A stretch of DNA of 64,000 nucleotides from Flaccisagitta enflata (taxonomy: Eukaryota): NCBI GenBank assembly GCA_965153355.1, contig OZ231126.1, positions 46,686,001 to 46,750,000 on the forward strand. The letters are read 5' to 3'. The notes beneath the pieces were generated by a model, which was not told where the DNA came from, did no database searches, and saw only the letters and a program-made list of their open reading frames with translations. Numbering within the stretch: the stretch's first letter is position 1; each line of letters begins with the position of its first letter. Below are positions 55,542 through 64,000 of this stretch, piece after piece. The translations under genes and the position numbers were made by a program.

Positions 55542-58500
55542 CTAGATATATGTATATACGGAGAAAGTGGGGAATAGGCTTAGATGCCATCGACCAAAGT
55601 CAAGGCACCGCTCATCGCAGTATGCCAGAATGTGCATATATGTGTGGCAGAGGTCTAGGGAAAAAGTTTCATATGCATCAGAGACCTCAAACCATCAGCA
55701 GCGAGCATATTTATGATAAAAATTACAAGTGAATACTAACTTGGGTTAGCCTTTTCATCACTGCCCCTGCCCACCCACACGCAACTTCGGTGGCTGTGTA
55801 TCCGGGCTTGTTAGTTGCGGACATGCAACTATATAAAAGACTTTGTCCGTCCAAAGGTCTGTCAGTCCGTTTACGTATCGGTCCGTAACGCACAACACAA
55901 AAAGTCGGAAAATGAATGTTTTAGATGCTCTTTGGGTGTGTGTATTGGTTGGAAGGGAGTAGGCGCGGGGTGTTGATGGGGGTTGGATGCCGATAATAAT
56001 GTGACCCCACGTCACTCGGTTACTGCTTTGAAGAACTTCATGGCTGAAATTAGCAAGAAATGACAAGGGAAAAGGGTGTTCTCCACGTTTTGACCTATAT
56101 AAGCCCGCTGCCGATGGTTTTTGGTCACTGAAGGTTATGAAACTTCGCATCTTGTTTTCATTCACACATATGAACATGCGCTCATACTGCGATTGGGGGT
56201 CTGACAACTTTGGTCGATTCCTGGGGAAGAGGGGGCTGTTTATAGTAGGATAGGATAGGTTGGTTAAGAAAGGGTTGATGGAAGTTGGACGGTCGTACAA
56301 GTCCGTAGTTTACTTGAGACCAGTGGGAGGGGAGGGAAAGGGATGCAGATAAAAAAGAAGTAATGGGAGGAGCGTAATAGGCGAAGATATAGATAAAGTC
56401 CATACATGTAACCTCACTTGACTATTACGTTTATGAATAGTCGCAAAAGCGTCAGATGGTCAGCGGTACCCGTGCCCTGCTTGAGAAGGTTGTGCTTGAA
56501 GTTGAGGAGGGGAGCAGGGCAGCGGCCCCAACGGAGTCGATGACCTATGCTTTCACACATATGCACATATGGCGAATTTTCTCCTCCTCCTCCTCCTCCT
56601 CCTCCTCCTCCTCCTCCTCCTCCTCCTCCTCCTCCTCCTCCTCCTGGGATAGGGCCTTTTGGCTGGGATTTGGACCTCAAGGCTGAGATTTGGGTCTTAA
56701 GGTTAGGATCTGGGCATCCAGACTAGGATTTTGGCCCCTAGGCTAGGATTTGGGCCTCAAGGTTAGGATTTGGGCCTAGAGACTGGAATTTGGGCATCGA
56801 GACTGGGATTTGAGGAGGGGGGGGGGATGGAGAAGGAGAAGTAGGAGGAGGAGGAGAAGAAGAAAATTCCCCATATGTGTGAAAGCATAGGTCATTGACC
56901 CCTTCGGGGCCGCTGCCCAAAAAGGGGGTAAAGGCCATAAAAGCAAAGAATATGCCAAATGGAGTCCTGAAAGTGATGAAAGTAGAAGACCAAAGGTTAA
57001 ATTCAGCTGGGTGGTTGCTCCTCAGTAAAAAAATCTATGATCATTTTGAGGCCCTCAATAACCTAAGATTGAGGCCCTCAAAAACCCTTTTGGGCAGCGG
57101 CCCCAAAGGGCCAATGTCCTGTAGAACACAGGGGGGAATTTCGAGACGTCCGTACGTCCTTCCGTCCTTCCGTCCTTCCGTCCGTCCCCCCCCCCCGTTG
57201 ACCATCAAGGCCTCAAATTGGCCCTCCCAGGACTCAATTTAGCCCTCCAGGCCTAAAATCAGCCCTCTTGGCTTCAAATCAGCCCCCCTCCCATGCCCTA
57301 AATCTGCCTCTCAGACCTCAAATCTGCCCTCCAGACCTTCAATCAGCCCTCCCAGCTTATAACCAGCCCGCCAAACCTCAAATCTGCTCTCCAAGCCTTG
57401 ATTATGCCCTCCAACCCTCAGATATGCCTTCAGTGGCATAAATCAGTCATCTAGAGCCCCCTCAGGACGGACAGACATCTCGAAATTCCCCCCTGTGTTC
57501 TACAGGACATCGGCCCTTTGGGGCCGCTGCCCTGCTCTCACTCCACTTCTTCACTGGATCACTCAGCAGGGCATCGGGAACCGCTGACCATGTGCGATCC
57601 TTGGATGACTAGTTAAGGGCTCCTTTTGGGCCCCTCAGGGACCCTATCTCCCTTAACGGTATTGTTTTATGTTCTCTGAGTATTGAGTAAATAACATTCA
57701 AATGAAACCATTATTAAGTTTTTTGAGCAATCAGTTCAAAATTTCCATGATTTGGGGTCCTTTGGTGTCCTCTTAATCCCTTTTTGGGGCCCCTTTGGGC
57801 TCTTCTTGGGACCCCAACATCCATATAAGTAAAGTTTCATGTTCTCCATGTAAATATCTTTCAATTGAGACCGATTCCAGCTATTTTCAACAATCATTCT
57901 AGAAGGGAAATTGCTCAAAATTCAGAGGCCACCACCTTCTGAGGGGGGATGGGGGGTGGCGGTTAAAATTTCCTGATGCCACAGGTCACTTTTGAAGGCA
58001 GAACATACAGGTCACTTTTGAAGGCAGAACATCAACACTACATCGATTTTGAGCCAAAGTGCAAATAACAAGAAGGATTGGACGATTTTTGGGTCAGAAC
58101 CCCTGTCCTATAGGGTAAGGCTTCAAGACGTTGAACACGCGAGCTAACTCGAGACTAAGTGACTAAGGGTAAGGGTCACGAGCAAATATGACAGCGGATC
58201 TCGTCTGAAAAAAAGAAGCGCTCTCAGCCTCCCACGCCCGCCGCGGTGCCGCCAAACGTCGAGGCAAAAAGACAAAGAAACAAGGCCGGATACACGGCAA
58301 TCCAGTCGCGGACGGTTGGGCAGGAGTAGTAATGCGAAAACTGCTCGGAATTCAAAACCGACCGATGGAGGGACGGACATACCGACCGACACGGCAAGGT
58401 GTAGAGTCGCGTGTCTGCGACTAAAAACCTCTATGTACGTCGAAAAATCTAAGTGTTACAAACTGACAGACCAACCAACTGACAAACAGGCCGACGGACG

Positions 58501-58602
58501 GACGGGAAGACCGACATGAAGTCTCGTAGTGCGCGACTAAAGAGGTACCCACACGCGGTCGAACATATGTGACGCGTAGATACTAGGCGAATGACGTTCG
58601 AT

Positions 58603-58681
<79 letters not shown>

Positions 58682-58850
58682 CAGAGAGAGGGAAAGAGAA
58701 AACGAAATTTCGTATCACCAAGCTGATGTAAGACACGACAAGAAGCTCAAAGAAAAAAAAATCTTTGACAATGCAAGTTAAATCATTCACAATAAAAGTC
58801 TGTACAAGAGTTCTTAATAAAATCTTAAGTCACTGAGACTGAATGAAAGA

Positions 58851-58887
<37 letters not shown>

Positions 58888-60019
58888 CAGAAGTAGCAAG
58901 ATGACCGACGAACCGACCTAAGTACCAACCAATGGACCGACCGACCGGAAGACCAAAAATGGCACAACAGACGGATGAACCAACATCCATTGGAACATGC
59001 ACGCACTCACGGAAGTACGAATAACGTTTCTGAAAAAAAGTGTCATCCAATCCTTAAAATATTGAAAACAGCTATGCAATGCAAATAACCACGTTTTACT
59101 GAAAGATGAGAACATAAAAATCATAAAATCAGAAGAAAAATACGGCAAGTCAATTCCTGAATAAAAACAAATAAACAAACAAACAAAGCCTCTAAATCTA
59201 AATTTAGCTGTTTGCATCATTTCTATTCACTTTCCATTCGATTCTCATCCTCTCTAGCCTAACCCTTGACCCCCGCCCCCTCAAAAAGACAACACACATT
59301 CCCATTTTTAGATTTTGTCCTTCCGTCCGTCGGTCCGTTGGTCCATCCATAGGTCTGTCGGTCTGTTATATGATCAAGTTGAAAAGTTGGAAAATGAGCA
59401 TTATAGATGCATTTTGTGTGTGGGGGGGGCTAGGGTGTGGATGGGGGTTGGACGCCCCTGCCCATTTATCCGCAACGATATTGTGACCCCGCGTCACTTT
59501 TTTCACATAAAAGGAGGAAATAGGACGTGCAGACCAAAATGAACATGACTGGCGAATTCAAGTCAATGGATATGGACATTGGACAGGAAGAGATACAAAA
59601 TCGTCTTCTGCGATCACGCACGTCTACAATCAACTCAGATCAAGTCTCCAGAACAGAAGGTCGAGAAAGTCGAGATAAAAAGATAGGGTTGGACATGGTG
59701 CAAGGTGCAAGGTGCAAGGTTCAATGCACCTGCTGCATGGTGCTTAGTGGGATGAAGTGAGAATTTGATAAAGGATTCTATGGTAGGTCAAAGGTGGTGT
59801 AGGGAGATTGTGTTGTATTGATGGTTGTGTGGAAATTTTAGTGACTGAAAAGCCAGCGTAATGGGTAATGGGTAATGGGTAATGGTGGGATGATGGGGAT
59901 GTTGTAAACATTCTTTACATGGGAAACGACTTGCGCTTGTGCTGACCTCTTACAGTCTACCACTGTATTACTGTGGTAACTAATAAGGATGTGGAGCTCC
60001 CATTTTGGTGGGTGGGATA

Positions 60020-60508
60020 CACGCACTTGGCTGAGTAACAACGGGTTATTTTTTTCTGAGGCTCAATGTTGTTATTTAAAAGACGATATGAGGCTCAAAC
60101 CGTTGCTAAACTGTTGTTATTTTTTTCGCATCAATCTTCTAATATAGCGATTGATTAGGATGTCTGTACCATCATTCCTTTTGCTGCTTTCTCTTGAATG
60201 ACAGGGATCTAGAGAAGGAATGAATTAAAGGAGAACAACCATTCAAAATCAGGAACAAAATATTGTTATCACTAAAATACAGTAGAAAAAGCCACCTCTT
60301 TTATGAAACCGCTGCATGTTACAATTGAATGCAACAAGAACTATAGCAAATCTAAGAGAAAAGTTGTTATTGGTTGGATTTGAGGCTGAAATGTTATCAT
60401 ATTTTAAATTTTCTAAGGCTGACGATGTTGCTAGAAATGTGCTTATTTTTTTTACAATTTGAGCCTCAACGTTGTTATAAAGAAGGTTGTTACTCAGCCA
60501 AGTGCGTG
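60020..60508. mobile_element. MITE in the AFMID-like intron
   Basis: TA|CACGCACTTGGCTGAGTAACAAC ... GTTGTTACTCAGCCAAGTGCGTG|TT. Confidence 0.75.
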
Positions 60509-60664
60509 TTGCTACTAATGTTTAAACACCAAAATGGTAGTGGAAGTGGAAGCGGAAGCGGTGGAAGTCGCATGAAAATCGCAACCATCAACTTTCTCCG
60601 TCAACTACACCTCTCCCCATCAGACCATCAAAACCAAACAGCCACGTCCTTGCCCAATGCTCAC

Positions 60665-60801
60665 CGTTTTCCCGCAGAGTCTATCAAGAAGTCGGTTTGG
60701 ACTGTTGGCCTCGGCCTCCCATTGGTCCATTCCCAAAGCGTCATTGACCGAAGTCCGTAGCAGCGGAAGGAGATCGTAAACGCCGCTTATTGGGAAAATA
60801 C
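60665..60801 (-). CDS. AFMID: Internal coding exon of kynurenine formamidase-like alpha/beta hydrolase: (G)IFPISGVYDLLPLLRTSVNDALGMDQWEAEANSPNRLLDRLCGKT
   Basis: Acceptor ctttgcag after a CT tract and donor ACG|gtgagc; 137 nt, phase 1 in and phase 0 out. The SGVYDLxPL...N..L.....A..NSP motif is typical of arylformamidases. Confidence 0.8.
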
Positions 60802-61277
60802 CTGCAAAGCGCGTCATTGAGAGAGAGAGAGAGAGAGAGAGAACGGTAAAAGAGAGAAATAAAAGAACAGGGAGAAAAAGAAAAAAGAGAGGTAGGAAAA
60901 AGGAAATCATTGGGCGGAAACCCAACCTCAACCGAGTTGGAAAAAAAAGGTCATAGGTCAAACTTTTTTGTTCTTTCGGTTCTTTTTATTTTGATCTTTT
61001 TTTCTTCGTCTTCGTCTTCCTCTTCTTCGTCTTCTTCATCTTTCTCGTCTTCTTCGTCTTCGTCATCGACTTGTTTCTTATTTTTCTTCTTATTTCGCTA
61101 CCTTTGTTCTCTTGCTTTCAATTTCGTTTTCTTGATTCCCCTTCCTTACAAGCTCCTTTCTTTTCTTTTGCTTTCTTTCGTTTTCCCTCTTTTTCTCTAC
61201 CTTTCCTTCCCTATCTTACCCTTCCTTCCCATTTCCTCCCCTTTCTATCCCTTTCTTTCCCTTTCTCCTTTTCTTCG

Positions 61278-61432
<155 letters not shown>

Positions 61433-63007
61433 GTCTAGCAAGTGATCACACGGCGTCCAGGAACAAACCATAGGTCTAAAAAAATGCTCAAGAATCCTGA
61501 CCTGGGAAAAAGTCTTTTTTGATGCATTAGCTATCAATTTACAGCAAAAATTAAAAAATCGGCTTGGAAATATAGAATTGATGGTCAAATAATAGCCAAA
61601 AAAGGCATTTTTAAGCATACAGTTAAGCTTCACTAGAAGGCGTCTCAAGGGACCGGTTGATTTCATACCTTCTAGGCGGGGTGCCTTATAGCCAAGCATG
61701 TATATTTCTGCACCACACAGAATACATAAGGTTCAAATATGCTTTAAAATTCTATCTTTTGGTTTGATACACAATCAAATAGGTATAGATGGATGCTAGG
61801 AAGTGGCAACAAAAAGAATATGGATCTTTCTTTACTTTTTGCAAAAAGTAAACAGTCTCGCTGTTCATCATTTATTAACCAGCTTGCCACCTGATTCACC
61901 ATGAATGAGACCGAAAAGTGACTGCAGTGGTTAAAAAATGACACAAACTCATGATAGGTATCGTATTTCTTTCCATGAAAGACTTTGTTGAAGATGACAG
62001 AGTGAAAAGATTTAAACGGATGTAAGACTGTGTCACTTTCATTGCTTTTGAAATTAGCATGGTAGCAACCATTCTTAGACCCTAAATTCTTAGACTCTAA
62101 AGGCATGAAGTGGTTTATTGGCTTGGATCCATCGGCTAATCGACTTATCGCTCCTCTTCTTCATCATCTCCCTCCTCTCCCTTTCATTTCACTTTGTCTG
62201 TTTAATTCACTTCCTCTTCATCATCTTCATCAGTGCTCCTCTTCATCATCGGTATACCTCTTCATTGTCATTGGTATTCCCAGGGTCCGACAAAATTTTT
62301 CGCTGCCTACGAGCAAAAAATTTATACTGGTCGCTGCTTACAAATTTTGCGTATGATTTTTGCATGATTGCAATAGCAGAAAAATTTCATAGTAATATGC
62401 AGTACATCAACCGAATGAATTTTGTGGGCAGGAATGAGGAGTCTATAAAAAAACTCATTATTTCTTTCACTTGACCTTGTTGAGGTAGGATTAAATGAAA
62501 ACCTTGTATGAAATAAACTATACGCTGAAGATGATTTACATCAGCAATTATACATCTATATATCATTTGCTTTTTTAGTTGCATGCTACGCGACTCTACA
62601 CCCCGCTTTGTCGGTCCGTCCGTCCGTCCATCTGTCCTTCAGTCCGTCCGTCCGTCACACTTTACTTTTTCGGCGTTTATGGGGTTTTTGGCTATACCGC
62701 TCCTGCCCAAATGCTCCACTGACCTAAAATATGGCCCCTGGCCACCCGCACGCGACTGGGGTAGCCGTGTATCCGGCCTTGTTTTCTTACCATGAACTTT
62801 AAAGGAAAAACTTTGTAGGCAGCAACTAATCAAATTTCATAACGCATGAAATCTGCATTCTGAAGTACCAGATGTTCTAGCTATACAATCCTTAATTTTC
62901 AAGTCATTTCTTTCCTTTTCAATATTCTTTTTCTTTGTTGCTCTCTTTCTTTTTGATCCTTTTTTTTTTACTTCCTTTTCTCTCTCCTTTTTTTTTCTTT
63001 TTTCCTT

Positions 63008-63948
63008 CTTTTTAGTCGCGTGCACGCGACTCTACAACCCGCTCCGTCGGTCCGTCGGTCCGTCGGTCCGTCGGTCCGTCGGTCCATCCGTCCGTAACAC
63101 TTTGCTTTTTTGCGTCGTTTTTTGTCGTTTTAGGTCGTCTGGAGTTATTTTGAATCATTTTTTTGGTGTTTTTGAGAATTATTGGTTGTTTTTGGTCATT
63201 TTTTATCATTTTTGGTCATTTTTGGTTATTTTGGTCATTTCGGTCATTTTGGCCACTTTGGTCATTTTGGTCATTTTTGATCATTTTTGATCATTTATGA
63301 TCATTTTTGATCATTTTTGATCATTTTTGGTCATTTTTGGTCATTTTTGGTTATTTTGGTCATTGTTCATTTCAGTCATTTCGGTCATTTTTGGTCATTT
63401 TTGGTCATGTTTGGTCATTTTTGATCATTTTGGTCATTTTGGTCATTTTTGATCATTTTTTAGTCTGCTGGTATAAGTCTGCTGGTTTAAGTCTGCTGGT
63501 TTAAGCCTGCTGGTTTAGGTCTGCTGGTTTAAGTCTGCTGGTTTAAGTCTGCTGGTTTAAGTCCGCTGGTTCAAGTCTGCTGCTTTAAGTATGGTGGTTT
63601 AAATCCACTGGTTTAAGTCGGCTGGTTTAATTCTGCTGGTTTAAGTCGGCTGGTTTAAGTCTGCTGGTTTTAGTCTGCTGGTTTAAGTCTGCTGGTTTAA
63701 GTCTGCTGGTTTAGGTCTGCTGGTTTAGGTCTGCTGGTTTAGGTCTGCTGGTTTAAGTCTGCTTGTTTAAGTCTGCTGGTTTAGGTCTGCTGGTTTAAGT
63801 CTGCTGGTTTAAGTCTGCTGGTTTAAGTCTGCTGGTTTGGGTCTGGTTTTGGTCTGGTTTAAGTCTGGTTTAAGTCAGATCTAAGTCTGGTTTATGTATG
63901 GTTTAGTCTGGTTTAAGTCTGGTTTGAGTCTGGTTTGAGTCTGGTTTA
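63008..63948 (+). repeat. HINE-like 5' end followed by successive arrays: TTTTGGTCAT (9-10 bp), GTCTGCTGGTTTAA (14 bp), GTCTGGTTTAA (10-11 bp)
   Basis: TTTTTAGTCGCGTGCACGCGACTCT + (CCGTCGGT)n, then arrays at about 63140-63460, 63463-63838 and 63841-63948. Confidence 0.85.
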
Positions 63949-64000
63949 GAGATCATCGACATTAGCTAAAAACCATTTGGTTATCAAAACTTTCGTTTCC

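Noticed and set aside
59527-59760. Short plus-strand ORF with protein-like composition in the AFMID-like intron
   Set aside because: No recognisable motif or convincing splice sites.

Overview
Repeat-dominated eukaryotic (probably invertebrate animal) genomic DNA; nearly all ORFs in the supplied track are microsatellite or transposon artefacts. Three things stand out. (1) A 13.4-kb LTR element (10803-24229). It has two 507-bp TG...CA LTRs differing at one base, a CTTT target-site duplication, a PBS-like and a PPT-like site. It has no recognisable gag/pol; its 12.4-kb interior holds other transposons, minisatellite arrays and repeated hairpins, so it looks like a very young non-autonomous LARD-type cargo carrier. 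It splits a Helentron-type element in two. (2) Two minus-strand exons (60801-60665 and 55541-54384) splice in frame to give the C-terminal half of a kynurenine-formamidase-like (AFMID) alpha/beta hydrolase. Its loops carry an acidic tract, about 104 consecutive Gln and about 40 Ser, while the catalytic Asp and His motifs are intact. (3) Two abundant families of non-autonomous Helentron-like (HINE/DINE-1-like) elements are present, several carrying internal tandem arrays. There are also many fold-back MITEs with readable TSDs (TA, 4, 5, 8 and 9 bp), including a multi-level nested cluster at 27.9-35.0 kb. All calls were made by eye, with no database searches; boundaries of degenerate repeats are approximate.
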